DNA from: Alphaproteobacteria bacterium
GTDB taxonomy: Bacteria; Pseudomonadota; Alphaproteobacteria; UBA7887
NCBI GenBank assembly: GCA_965216755.1
Contig: CBDCGL010000011.1
Location: forward strand, 3,840,001-3,904,000
Direction: 5' to 3'
DNA length: 64,000 bases
Made by a program: the position numbers and the translations under genes. Each line of letters opens with the position of its first letter. Position 1 is the first letter of the stretch. Under the pieces are notes generated by a model. That model worked only from the letters and a program-made list of their open reading frames with translations, was not told the origin of the DNA and made no database searches. Positions 10,020-19,692 of the stretch are shown piece by piece.

Positions 10020-11731
10020 GCCCAACAACACGACAAGACCGCCCGTGGGAGCCCGGCGCGGCCGGCGAAGCCTCAACGATCGGCATAACCGATACGGACA
10101 CACGGACGCAGGGCATGATCCGATTGGTCCAGGACCTAATACGGGCGCTGAATGCGCGCTACCCTCGGGAAAACCGCTTGGTCTTGTCTCTCGCACTTGT
10201 GACGATCGTCGTTTGGACCGTGTGCGTCGCTGTGACCGGGTTTCACCACGAGTTTTGGCGCGATGAAGTCCGGCCTCTGACCTTTGCGCGCGAAGCGGTA
10301 TCATTTCTGGGCCTGTGGGACCTGATCGGTGGCGACGGCCATCCGGCGTTGTGGCCGGCGATTCTGTATTTTTTGCACGGCATATTTCAGTCCAACGCGG
10401 TGCTTGGTCTGGCCAGCAGCGGGATCGGGTTTTTGGCCGCATGTTTGCTGGTGTGGAAGGCGCCTTTGCCGCTTTGGGTCAAGGGCTTGGCGATCTTCTC
10501 CAGCGTGCTGCTGTACGAATATGCGGTGATGGCGCGGAACTACGGCATCAGCATGCTTCTGATGTTTGTTTTCGCATGGCTCTATCGCGACCGCAGCCGC
10601 AACGCACTTTGGCTGGGGCTCGTGCTGGCCCTTTTGGCGAACAGCAATATTCATTCCGCCTGCCTGGCCTTGGTGTTCGCTGGCATTTGGTTCTTGCACG
10701 AGATACAGGACCGGTGGCACGGGCGTGTGCGCGGCCTGCCGAAAAAGGAGTGGGCCGCGCTAAGCCTGCTGGCCTTGGGGTTGGCGCTATCGGCCTATAC
10801 CGTGTGGCCCGACGCGGACAGCGACGTGATCTCCAAAGTCTCCGGGCGGGCGGTCGAAGAACGTCCTTTTGATATTTTGGCTATGTTGCTGTTTCCGGCC
10901 GAGAAGTTCGTCGACATCGTCCGGCCGCCGTTTCCGATCTGGCAATCCATCATATTGCTAGCGCTGTGCGTGGGGCTTGTTGTCGATCTCGCGTGCGCGC
11001 TTGGCGCGGTTATCGCTGTTGTTGGCCTGGCAATCTTCTTTGAGATCGTCGCGCCCGGCTATTATCGCCATCAAGCCTTGATCGTGCCATTGTTCCTGAG
11101 CCTGTATTGGATAGCCGCTCAGCGTGCCGTCGCGCTCGGCACCGGCGGTCGTCGGCTCAGGGTCTTGGGCGTTGGGCAGCTGGTCGCATTGCCGTTGCTG
11201 TTGATCCCACTGGTCAAAGACACGGGTGACTTTGTTTTGGCAGACTTGACCAAGGCGCTGAGTTCCAGCGCGGCATTCGGCGATTTCTTGCGCGACCATC
11301 CCGAATATGCCGAGGCGATCCTGGTTGGCGAACCTGCATATCAATTGGAATCCTTGCCATACTATTTGGATATGACGATCTATTTACCACGCGAACGCCG
11401 GTTTGGAACCACAGTGCGATTTGGTGACCAGGCGCATGTGTTGCGCCTAACGTCGCTGCTTGATCGCGCGCAGCGATTGGCATTGTGCGAGAGCCGGACT
11501 GTGTTGATTGTCTTTGGGCATCCGGAAATTGACGACCACGCGCAGTACGAAAAGACGTTCTCTTATGGCAGCGCCGTGACATGGTCGGCTGCCGCGCGGC
11601 GTCGATTTTTCGACGCTACCGTCAAGATCGCATCGTTTCGTGACTCAATGCGGGAACGCTATGATGTGTTTGAAGTCATCGCGCCAGCGAGGACGTCGGC
11701 GGGTTCGACATGTGCCCAGGATGGCTTGTGA
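10016..11731 (+). CDS. Multi-pass membrane protein, probable GT-C-fold glycosyltransferase
   Basis: HHEFWRDE first loop, GHPALW, YEYAVMARNYG, many TM helices; ATGA overlap with upstream GT2. Confidence 0.7.
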   Translation: MSPTTRQDRPWEPGAAGEASTIGITDTDTRTQGMIRLVQDLIRALNARYPRENRLVLSLALVTIVVWTVCVAVTGFHHEFWRDEVRPLTFAREAVSFLGLWDLIGGDGHPALWPAILYFLHGIFQSNAVLGLASSGIGFLAACLLVWKAPLPLWVKGLAIFSSVLLYEYAVMARNYGISMLLMFVFAWLYRDRSRNALWLGLVLALLANSNIHSACLALVFAGIWFLHEIQDRWHGRVRGLPKKEWAALSLLALGLALSAYTVWPDADSDVISKVSGRAVEERPFDILAMLLFPAEKFVDIVRPPFPIWQSIILLALCVGLVVDLACALGAVIAVVGLAIFFEIVAPGYYRHQALIVPLFLSLYWIAAQRAVALGTGGRRLRVLGVGQLVALPLLLIPLVKDTGDFVLADLTKALSSSAAFGDFLRDHPEYAEAILVGEPAYQLESLPYYLDMTIYLPRERRFGTTVRFGDQAHVLRLTSLLDRAQRLALCESRTVLIVFGHPEIDDHAQYEKTFSYGSAVTWSAAARRRFFDATVKIASFRDSMRERYDVFEVIAPARTSAGSTCAQDGL

Positions 11732-11820
11732 TTTGCGGGAGACTTCGCGACCATCTTGCCGCAAACTGACCATCGATGAGGTTAACAAGAGGTCGCGCCG
11801 GGCGCACGCACAACACATTC

Positions 11821-12831
11821 ATGCCAGACAACAAAAGCTATCAGCCACCGACAAATTTCACCGATTTGTTTCCGGAGATTTCGGGGAACGCGATCAATGG
11901 TTTGGGTGAACAAGACGTGCGCCGGCCGTCGCCATTTTTCTGGCATCCGCCGGACCAGCAAACTCATGGCGCCCTGCAGCGAGAGGTGATCCGTTATCAC
12001 CGACAATCGGCGGAAATGCGCGTGCATTTTTCGTCAACGCCACCGGGCGGCCGCGGGCCGAAGCCGGAGCTCCAGGCGCCGACAAGGGTCGAACGGTCAC
12101 CGCAGGCATGGGCGAGTTTGGTCAAGCGCTTTGCGCTGGATCACGAGGGCGATTTGGTTGGCATCGCGGCCATGGATCCGCTCTATGTCTATGAAGGGTA
12201 TGAGCTGGACGATCCGTGGATCATTCTGATCGGTGTCAGCATGCCTTACGATGAATTGGCACAGGCGCCGGCATCGTTTGACAACCCCACGGCCGGTGTG
12301 GTCGTGGCCCGTGAATATAATCGCGCGTCGCGGGTGTCCAGAAACCTTGCCAATTATATCCTAGAGCAAGGCTACCATGCTAAAGCCTGGCCTGGGCCGT
12401 TCGCCTCGGCACTGTCGATGATGCCGGCCGCCATCGCGGCGGGGCTCGGTCAGCTTGGCAAGCATGGCTCATTGATCAACAAGCGCTATGGGTCGTCGTT
12501 TCGCTTGGCCGCAGTCACCACCAGCATGCCCTTGGTGGCGGATGCGCCTGAGGATGTCGGCTCGGAAGACTTTTGCGTGAACTGCCAGGTTTGCGTCAAG
12601 GCCTGTCCACCGGGTGCGATCGCCAACGACAAGCGGATGGTGCGTGGTGTCGAGAAGTGGTACGTGGATTTCGACAAATGCATTCCCTACTTTGGCGAGA
12701 CCTTGTCATGCGGCATCTGTTTGGCGCGCTGTCCGTGGTCGAAACCAGGTACCGCCGACCGGCTGATGACGAAAATGCTCAAACGGCGCGCCCGCCAGCA
12801 GGCGGCGGATGGTGATCAAAGCCAAGAATAG
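11821..12831 (+). CDS. 4Fe-4S dicluster protein, reductive dehalogenase / epoxyqueuosine reductase (QueG)-like
   Basis: AGLGQLGKHGSLI..RLAAVTTSMPL, CVNCQVCVKACP, WYVDFDKC..CGICLARCPW. Confidence 0.8.
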   Translation: MPDNKSYQPPTNFTDLFPEISGNAINGLGEQDVRRPSPFFWHPPDQQTHGALQREVIRYHRQSAEMRVHFSSTPPGGRGPKPELQAPTRVERSPQAWASLVKRFALDHEGDLVGIAAMDPLYVYEGYELDDPWIILIGVSMPYDELAQAPASFDNPTAGVVVAREYNRASRVSRNLANYILEQGYHAKAWPGPFASALSMMPAAIAAGLGQLGKHGSLINKRYGSSFRLAAVTTSMPLVADAPEDVGSEDFCVNCQVCVKACPPGAIANDKRMVRGVEKWYVDFDKCIPYFGETLSCGICLARCPWSKPGTADRLMTKMLKRRARQQAADGDQSQE

Positions 12832-12843
12832 AGGAGGAGCACC

Positions 12844-13149
12844 GTGTCACGATTTGTCGTACTGGCGCAGTTTCGCGTCAAACCTGGAACCCGCGATCAG
12901 TTTGTCGACATCGCCAAAATCGATGCCCAAGCGTCTGTCGCCAATGAGCCCGGTTGCCATCGGTTCGATGTGCTTGTGCCCCATGACGCACCCGATCGGG
13001 TGATGCTTTATGAGATCTATGAGAACAAGGCGGCGTTCGATGCCCATTTGGAGACCCCGCATTTGAAGGCGTTTCGCGATGGCATCGCCGACCTGGTCGA
13101 CGATCGCGACATCTCCATGTGCGACCTGACCGAGAACGCGAAAACCTAG
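12844..13149 (+). CDS. Antibiotic-biosynthesis monooxygenase (ABM/LsrG-like) protein
   Basis: NEPGCHRFDV..LYEIY..AFDAHLETPH; strong RBS GAGGAGGAG. Confidence 0.88.
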   Translation: MSRFVVLAQFRVKPGTRDQFVDIAKIDAQASVANEPGCHRFDVLVPHDAPDRVMLYEIYENKAAFDAHLETPHLKAFRDGIADLVDDRDISMCDLTENAKT

Positions 13150-13165
13150 TATCCTGATCCAGGTA

Positions 13166-13255
13166 TTTCGGTGACAGTTTACTAAATACACACTATCTTG
13201 TGTGCCTATGTATTGACCCACAATATTTTGCGTATTTAGTAAACTGTCACCGAAA
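13166..13255. repeat. Perfect 24-bp inverted repeat with 42-bp AT-rich spacer (REP/MITE-like)
   Basis: TTTCGGTGACAGTTTACTAAATAC (13166-13189) and GTATTTAGTAAACTGTCACCGAAA (13232-13255), between convergent genes. Confidence 0.9.
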
Positions 13256-13260
13256 GTGTG

Positions 13261-14148
13261 TCAGGCACCCGGTACCGGCACGACGATATCTTCATAGGTT
13301 GGCGGCGCCGTTACGAGACCGGCATGGGTGAAGATCTCGACGCTGGCGTCGAAGGCCGCGCGGGTGATGTCCAAATGCGAGGTCCAACAGTCCATCGCCT
13401 GGTATGTGGCGATTGTTTCGGTCAGGATCGAATGCGCGATATTGGGAAAAAACGACTCCGCGGCGCGGGCAATGTCGGCCGCCGGTGTTTCGATCGTGTA
13501 CGCCCGCGCCTTGCGATAGGCACGCGTGAATGCTGCCGCCATGTCGGTTTCCAGCCAGGCGGGTGTCGCCGCCAGACTTGAGAACGCGCACAATCCGACC
13601 GTTTTACCAACCGAGGCGACGACGTGGCCAACGCCGTCATGCTGCAATTGCTGTGGCGCGGGGCCTTGCAGCTGCACATAGTCGCCGGTTCCGGCTCGAA
13701 ACGCGGCCTCCATCTCATCGGGGCCGCCCGCGTCGATGGCTTCTATGTTGTCGTAGTCCAGTCCCATCCGGTGACATCCGAATTGAAACATGGCCTTGGG
13801 CTGCGCGGCGTGGTCGACCAGCACCTTTTTGCCCGCCAGTCGCGACCATGTAAAGGCGCTATCGGGCACGCGGCCGGCGACAAAAAATCCGTCGGTTTCG
13901 TTGATCTGGGCGAAATGCACGACCGCTGGCGCTTGGCCATCGGGGCGCGGCGCGAAGCCTTGCGATGGCGCGGATTGCACGACATGGACACTGCCATCCA
14001 ACAACGAGGCGATCGCCGATTTGCTGGCGGTTGCGACGCTATGGCGTCCGTCCAGGCCCTCGGCCGCCAGAAATCCGCCTGAGATGGTCGCGATCAACGG
14101 CGTGTAAAACGCCGAGAAACGCGAAAACTGAATGTTGATCTGGGTCAT
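13261..14148 (-). CDS. ABC transporter substrate-binding protein, NitT/TauT (SsuA/ThiY-like) family
   Basis: AFYTPLIATISGGFLAAEGLD N-terminus, LAGKKV; no adjacent permease. Confidence 0.7.
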   Translation of the reverse strand: MTQINIQFSRFSAFYTPLIATISGGFLAAEGLDGRHSVATASKSAIASLLDGSVHVVQSAPSQGFAPRPDGQAPAVVHFAQINETDGFFVAGRVPDSAFTWSRLAGKKVLVDHAAQPKAMFQFGCHRMGLDYDNIEAIDAGGPDEMEAAFRAGTGDYVQLQGPAPQQLQHDGVGHVVASVGKTVGLCAFSSLAATPAWLETDMAAAFTRAYRKARAYTIETPAADIARAAESFFPNIAHSILTETIATYQAMDCWTSHLDITRAAFDASVEIFTHAGLVTAPPTYEDIVVPVPGA

Positions 14149-14169
14149 GAAACGGCACCTCCTGGGCGC

Positions 14170-14718
14170 TCAATAGGCGGGCTGTCGATCAGCGGGGCCG
14201 CTGGTGCAGCCCAACACATTTCGACAATGCACCAAACAGTCGCTATCAGCCGGGCAATAGGTGACCGCGATGCCCAAGCGTTCGTGGAATAGGCGCTTGA
14301 CGGCGCTGAAATCGAACACATTCAAGCTTTCGATCGGAACAGTATAGAGCCCGATACGTTGTCCAGGCGCCAATGTTTCATCGACGGGCACCCGGCTCGG
14401 CGGCTCGAAATTCGGAAACAGTTGGATCCTGTTTTCCGCCAGCTTGGCCGTGACGGCGGCCCAGCTATCCATGGTCAGATCGTCGAGCACGATCACGAAC
14501 GCCGTGATCTCGGCCGGCGTCGTGCCACGATTTTCCAAATAAAGGCCGACTTCGCCCACATCTGCGTCGGTTTGCGGGATAACGATCACTTGCGACAAAT
14601 CTTCGCCGCTTTCCGTCGGCGCGAACTGTCGCCACAAGAACCACCCGAGCACGAGCACCGCAAACGCCATTGCCGCACTCAGCCCGATCCGACGACGCGA
14701 TGGGGGTGTGTCAACCAT
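14170..14718 (-). CDS. Hypothetical membrane-anchored protein
   Basis: N-terminal TM helix; C-terminal Cys cluster (YCPADSDCLVHCRNVLGC). Confidence 0.6.
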   Translation of the reverse strand: MVDTPPSRRRIGLSAAMAFAVLVLGWFLWRQFAPTESGEDLSQVIVIPQTDADVGEVGLYLENRGTTPAEITAFVIVLDDLTMDSWAAVTAKLAENRIQLFPNFEPPSRVPVDETLAPGQRIGLYTVPIESLNVFDFSAVKRLFHERLGIAVTYCPADSDCLVHCRNVLGCTSGPADRQPAY

Positions 14719-14748
14719 GAGCTTACATCGCCCGGCGACGCGCCGGCG

Positions 14749-15162
14749 TCAACCGTCGGGAATGACCGCGACCGCTTCGATTTCGACCTTGGCACGATCT
14801 TCGAGCAATGCGACCACTTGGACCAATGTCATCGCCGGGAAATGCCGACCGATGACACGCCGATAGGCGTCGGCCAAGCCACGGCCGCTGGCCAAATATT
14901 CTTGTTTGTCGGTGATGTACCAGGTCAGCCTGGTGAGATGTTCGGGTCTTGCGCCAGCTTCGGCCAAAATGGCGACAATGTTGCGCAGGGTCTGTTCAAC
15001 TTGGCTAGCGAAGTCGTCGGTTTCAAAGATCTGGGCGGCGTTCCAGCCAATCTGGCCGGCAACGAACACGGCTTGCCCCGCCGCGGCAATGCCGTTGGCG
15101 TAGCCCTTGGGCCGTTCCCAACCCGCGGGTTGGAGCACTTGGTGGATCGACGCCGTCGTCAT
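14749..15162 (-). CDS. RidA/YjgF family protein
   Basis: PKGYANG..VFVAGQIGW..FPAMTLVQV..KVEIEA. Confidence 0.9.
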   Translation of the reverse strand: MTTASIHQVLQPAGWERPKGYANGIAAAGQAVFVAGQIGWNAAQIFETDDFASQVEQTLRNIVAILAEAGARPEHLTRLTWYITDKQEYLASGRGLADAYRRVIGRHFPAMTLVQVVALLEDRAKVEIEAVAVIPDG

Positions 15163-15180
15163 ACGCAATCACTCCGTTCT

Positions 15181-15864
15181 TTAGATGCCAAGATAGCGAT
15201 CACTGACCTCGGGCGTCAGCATGCTTGGGACACCGGACCACACCGAACGTCCCTTTTCCAGGATCACACATCGGTCGGCCAGGGCCAAGAGCGCGTCGAC
15301 CGACCGATCGACAATCACAGCCGCCTGGCCCCGTGCCTTGAGTGTCGTCAGCGCGGTCCATATTTCGGTGCGCACCAGCGGCGCCAGACCTTCGGTGGCC
15401 TCGTCAAGAAGCAGAAGTTGCGGGTTGGTCATCAAGGCCCGGCCCAGGGCAAGCATTTGTTGTTCGCCGCCCGACAATGTTCGCGCCATTTGATGGCGTC
15501 GTTCGTCGAGGCGTGGAAACAGCGCAAAAATCCGATCCAAGGTCCACGGGCCCCGCCGTGCCACCGCCATCAGATTTTCGCGCACGCTGAGGTTGGCGAA
15601 ACAGCGACGTCCTTCCGGCACCAGGCCAAGGCCGAGGCGTGCCGCGCGATGGGGCGGCGTGTGAGCCAGATCGTGGCCGCGAAACGTCACACGGCCCCGG
15701 GCTGGCACCAACAGCCGGCATATGGATTGTATGGTCGTGGTCTTGCCCATGCCGTTGCGGCCCATCAGTGCGACGACCTCACCGGCGGACACGGTCAGGT
15801 CGACCCCAAACAGCGCCTGGGCCGGGCCATAGAACGTTTCCATTTTGTCGACCACCAGCATCAC
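15181..15864 (-). CDS. LIV-type ABC transporter ATP-binding protein (LivF-like)
   Basis: GRNGMGKTT, LSGGEQQM, LLLDE. Confidence 0.92.
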   Translation of the reverse strand: MMLVVDKMETFYGPAQALFGVDLTVSAGEVVALMGRNGMGKTTTIQSICRLLVPARGRVTFRGHDLAHTPPHRAARLGLGLVPEGRRCFANLSVRENLMAVARRGPWTLDRIFALFPRLDERRHQMARTLSGGEQQMLALGRALMTNPQLLLLDEATEGLAPLVRTEIWTALTTLKARGQAAVIVDRSVDALLALADRCVILEKGRSVWSGVPSMLTPEVSDRYLGI

Positions 15865-16610
15865 GTCGCCGTGCCCAAATAGGCGTCGCGCACGCGCGGG
15901 TCAGCCCGGATGTCGGCGACGCTGCCGGTGGTCAGAAGTTGTCCCTGGACCAATACGGAGACGCGGTCAGCCAGTGCGAATACGGCCGCCATGTCGTGTT
16001 CGACCAGTAGGATCGGCGCGGTTGTCTTCATGGTCGATAGCAGTTCGACCAGTTTGGTCGTATCCGCGGCATCAAGCCCGGCCATCGGTTCATCGAGCAA
16101 GAAGGCTTTCGGCTGCAGCGCCAGGGCGCAGGCAAGTTCCAATTGACGCCGTTCGCCGTGGGACAGGGCGGCCGCCGGCACCGGCGCGCGACTTTCCAGC
16201 CCCACCTGACGTAGGCACGCCAGGGCGGGGTTGATCAATGTCGGGTCGTCATGAACCCGTCGCCAAATGTTGAATGGCCGCTGTTGGCGCCCTTGCACGG
16301 CCAGCATGACATTGGCGCGCGCCGACAGCGCCATGGCCAGCGACGACACCTGAAACGTCCGGCCGAGGCCAAGTTGGGCGCGCCGCGCAACAGACAGTTT
16401 GGTGATATCGCGCCCGGCCAAAGTCACCGTGCCACGGTCAGGCCGCACCCAGCCGGTGACCAAGCTGATCAACGTCGACTTGCCGGCGCCGTTAGGGCCG
16501 ATCAGCGCGTGGATCTCGCCAGGGTGCAACGCCATACTGACATCGTCGATGGCGTGCAGCGCGCCAAACGCCTTGCGCAGGCCGGAGACGGTCAGAATCG
16601 GCTCAGGCAT
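15861..16610 (-). CDS. LIV-type ABC transporter ATP-binding protein (LivG-like)
   Basis: GPNGAGKST, LSHGERRQLE, LLDEPMAG, VEHDM. Confidence 0.92.
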   Translation of the reverse strand: MPEPILTVSGLRKAFGALHAIDDVSMALHPGEIHALIGPNGAGKSTLISLVTGWVRPDRGTVTLAGRDITKLSVARRAQLGLGRTFQVSSLAMALSARANVMLAVQGRQQRPFNIWRRVHDDPTLINPALACLRQVGLESRAPVPAAALSHGERRQLELACALALQPKAFLLDEPMAGLDAADTTKLVELLSTMKTTAPILLVEHDMAAVFALADRVSVLVQGQLLTTGSVADIRADPRVRDAYLGTAT

Positions 16611-17592
16611 AACGCGGTGGGCCCGCGATCAGGCCCAGCACGCCACCACGCGCGAACAACACGATCGCCAGCAGCACCAAACCCAAAATCAATTGCCAAT
16701 GTGGGGTGACGCCGCCGACAAACGTCTCCAGTCCGACAAACACCGTCGCTCCAGCGACCGGCCCAAACAAACGGCCCACACCGCCCAGTATCACGAACAC
16801 CATGATTTCGCCGGACCTGTGCCAACTGAGCATCGATGGTCCGGCAAAGCCATTGAGATCGGCAAACAGCGCACCGGCGAGACCGGTGATCATGGCCGAA
16901 ACCACGAAGGCCGCCAGTTTAATGGGATAGGGCGCGATCCCCACGGTTGCCAAGCGCATCTCGTTCATGCGCCCGGCTTGCAAGGCGACGCCGAAGCGCG
17001 CGCCCATCAACCGCCACGTGAGCAGCAAGGCCAATCCCAAAAACGAATAGCATACCATTGAAAAGGCCAAGGGGTCATTGGAGTCGACGACGGGCACAGT
17101 GTTGCGCAGATAAATTGGCAAACCGTCTTCCCCACCATAAGTCGGCCAAGAAACGGCGAAGTAGAAGATCATTTGCGCGAAGGCCAGGGTGATCATGATG
17201 AATGTCACGCCCGTAGTGCGCAACGATATGGCACCGATCAGCAATCCGGCGAGCCCGGAAACAAGGATGGCGACCAGCCAGACGATAAGCAATTGGTTGG
17301 ATCCCGGAATCGCGAGCGGCCAGGTGGCCAACATCGAACCGTCAAAAGCGTGGCTGGCCAGAATCGCGGCACAATAGCCGCCAAGTCCGAAAAATGCGGC
17401 ATGGCCCAAACTGATCATGCCGCCATAGCCCAACGCCAGATTCAGGCCCACGGCGGCGAGCGCCAATATCGCGACACGGGTGGCAAGGTTCACGTAATAA
17501 GGCTCACCGGCGGCCGCGGCGATAAGCGGCGCCGCCACCAGACCCAAAGCCAACACGCCGTTGCATAGAGTCTCTGGCGACAGCCTAGCCAT
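16603..17592 (-). CDS. LIV-type ABC transporter permease (LivM-like)
   Basis: GYGGMISLGHAAFFGLGGY, VILGGVGRLFGP; start ATG 17592. Confidence 0.9.
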   Translation of the reverse strand: MARLSPETLCNGVLALGLVAAPLIAAAAGEPYYVNLATRVAILALAAVGLNLALGYGGMISLGHAAFFGLGGYCAAILASHAFDGSMLATWPLAIPGSNQLLIVWLVAILVSGLAGLLIGAISLRTTGVTFIMITLAFAQMIFYFAVSWPTYGGEDGLPIYLRNTVPVVDSNDPLAFSMVCYSFLGLALLLTWRLMGARFGVALQAGRMNEMRLATVGIAPYPIKLAAFVVSAMITGLAGALFADLNGFAGPSMLSWHRSGEIMVFVILGGVGRLFGPVAGATVFVGLETFVGGVTPHWQLILGLVLLAIVLFARGGVLGLIAGPPRYA

Positions 17593-18505
17593 GAACGGGG
17601 AACAGCCCTTTTGGCCGCAGGGCGAGAACCAAGGCCATAAACGCATAGATCAGCATAGAGGCGAGCGCGGCGCCAATTGCGGTGGCGTCGGCTGACTCCA
17701 TGAAAGTCCGGAACAGGGCGGGCAGAAAGACCCGGCCGAGCGTGTCGACGACGCCTACGAGAATGGCGCCGACCAGCGCGCCCTTGATCGAGCCGATGCC
17801 GCCGATCACGATAACCACGAACGCCAAGATCAAGACCGGTTCGCCCATGCCGATCTGTACCGATTGCAGGGCCCCGACCAGCGCGCCCGCCAGGCCCGCC
17901 AGGGCGGCCCCGAGCGCGAATACAATCGTGAACAAGATCCCGATATTGACGCCGAGCGCGCCGATCATTTCACGGTCGGCCTCGCCCGCTCGAATCCGCA
18001 TGCCCAGGCGCGTATGGACGATCAAGCCATACAACCCGAACGCCAAGACAATGCCGACCCCAATGATTGCCAAGCGATAAATCGGATAGCGGCCGCCGCC
18101 AGGTAGGGTCACCGAACCATCGAGGGCCACTGGGATGTCCAACCACAGGGGCTGGGCGCCAAATACCCAGCGCGTTCCCTCAGTAAAGATGAGGATCAAG
18201 GCAAAGGTGGCCAAGACCTGATCGAGATGATCGCGATCATACAGGCGACGCATGACGACCAGTTCAATCACCGCGCCGGCGGCTGCTGCTGCCAAAACGC
18301 CCGCGGCCACGCCCACCCAAAACGAGCCGATCGCGCCGGTGACCCAAGCGCAAACGAACGCGCCGACCATGTAGAGCGAGCCATGGGCCAAATTGATCAA
18401 CCCCATAACGCCGAACACCAGGGTCAGGCCGGCGGCCATGAGAAATAAAGTGACGCCGAGCTGCAGCCCGTTAAGCAGTTGCTCAATCAGAAACGCGGAT
18501 GTCAT
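17585..18505 (-). CDS. LIV-type ABC transporter permease (LivH-like)
   Basis: GLTLVFGVMGLINLAHG, VIGGIGSIKGA. Confidence 0.92.
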   Translation of the reverse strand: MTSAFLIEQLLNGLQLGVTLFLMAAGLTLVFGVMGLINLAHGSLYMVGAFVCAWVTGAIGSFWVGVAAGVLAAAAAGAVIELVVMRRLYDRDHLDQVLATFALILIFTEGTRWVFGAQPLWLDIPVALDGSVTLPGGGRYPIYRLAIIGVGIVLAFGLYGLIVHTRLGMRIRAGEADREMIGALGVNIGILFTIVFALGAALAGLAGALVGALQSVQIGMGEPVLILAFVVIVIGGIGSIKGALVGAILVGVVDTLGRVFLPALFRTFMESADATAIGAALASMLIYAFMALVLALRPKGLFPVHG

Positions 18506-18514
18506 GCCGCTGTG

Positions 18515-19669
18515 TTACGGCATTTTGCACATCTCGGCAAAGGCGTCGGCATGATTCTCCAGTGCCACCCCGATCAGCTTGTTGGTCGGCCGTTCGGGTC
18601 CGGCGACGACCTCGCGCACATAGATGGTTTGAATCGGGTGATGATTGGGGCCGAACGCGAACGCCCCACGTACCGATTGAAAATCGGCGGCCCGCAAAGC
18701 CGCGCGAAACGAGTCTCTGTCGGATGGATGGGCGCGCTCCAACGCAGACACGATCAAGTTTGCTGTGTCAAACCCTTGAGACGCGTAAAGCGTCGGCATG
18801 CGCCCATAGGCAGCCTTGAACGAACTGACAAAGGCGCGGTTGACGGCCGTATCCAAATCATGGGCCCACTGCGATGTATTCTTGACACCCACCGCCGAAT
18901 CGCCGACCGCGCCTAGAATGATCTCATCAAATGAAAACGCAGGGCCATAGACCGGGATCCCTACGTCGGCCGCCGCATATTGTTTCATGAATGCGATTCC
19001 CATGCCGCCCGGCAGAAAAAAGAATACCGAATCCGGTCGGGCGGCGCGGATTTGCGCGATCTCCGCGGCATAATCAGTTTGGCCAAGCTTGGTATAGATT
19101 TCACCGGCGATGTTATCGCCGAAAAAGCTCTTGAAGCCGGTCAGGGCATCGGTGCCCGCCGGGTAGTTTGGCGCCAAAATGAACGGATTGGCCAGCCCGG
19201 CCGATTTCATATGCGCGCCCATGGCTTCGTGAAGATTGTTGTTCTGCCACGCAACATTGAAATAGTTCGGGTGGCACGCTTTGCCTGCCAAGGCGGATGG
19301 ACCGGCATTCGGCGACAGGTAAAAGACGTCTTGACGCACCGTCGACGGCACCACGGCCATCGCCAGATTTGACCAGATAATGCCGGTCATGATGTCGACC
19401 CGATCTTTTTGAATCAGTTGGTCAGCTAATTGTTTGGCAATATCGGGCTTGCGGGCATCGTCTTTGACGATCACTTCGATATCGGATCGACCGCACTGGG
19501 CCATCGCCAGCATGAAACCATCACGCACGTCAATGCCCAGATGTGATCCGCCGCCGGATAGTGTGGTGATCATGCCGATTTTGATCGGCTGCGCATCGGT
19601 TTGGGCCTCGGCTGGACCGTTGGCGACCAGGCACGCGACAGCGAATAGCGCTGTTAACTTGCGGACCAC
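18515..19669 (-). CDS. LIV-type ABC substrate-binding protein (probably aromatic acid)
   Basis: Signal peptide; IKIGMITTLSG; within the abm-type cluster. Confidence 0.9.
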   Translation of the reverse strand: MVRKLTALFAVACLVANGPAEAQTDAQPIKIGMITTLSGGGSHLGIDVRDGFMLAMAQCGRSDIEVIVKDDARKPDIAKQLADQLIQKDRVDIMTGIIWSNLAMAVVPSTVRQDVFYLSPNAGPSALAGKACHPNYFNVAWQNNNLHEAMGAHMKSAGLANPFILAPNYPAGTDALTGFKSFFGDNIAGEIYTKLGQTDYAAEIAQIRAARPDSVFFFLPGGMGIAFMKQYAAADVGIPVYGPAFSFDEIILGAVGDSAVGVKNTSQWAHDLDTAVNRAFVSSFKAAYGRMPTLYASQGFDTANLIVSALERAHPSDRDSFRAALRAADFQSVRGAFAFGPNHHPIQTIYVREVVAGPERPTNKLIGVALENHADAFAEMCKMP

Positions 19670-19692
19670 ACCTTTTTCCTCCCCACAAATAC

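Noticed and set aside
14359-15882. 507-aa plus-strand ORF and similar long antisense ORFs elsewhere (20665..21777, 52052..53167, 56904..57896, 62791..63702)
   Set aside because: Overlap well-supported genes on the opposite strand; typical high-GC shadow ORFs
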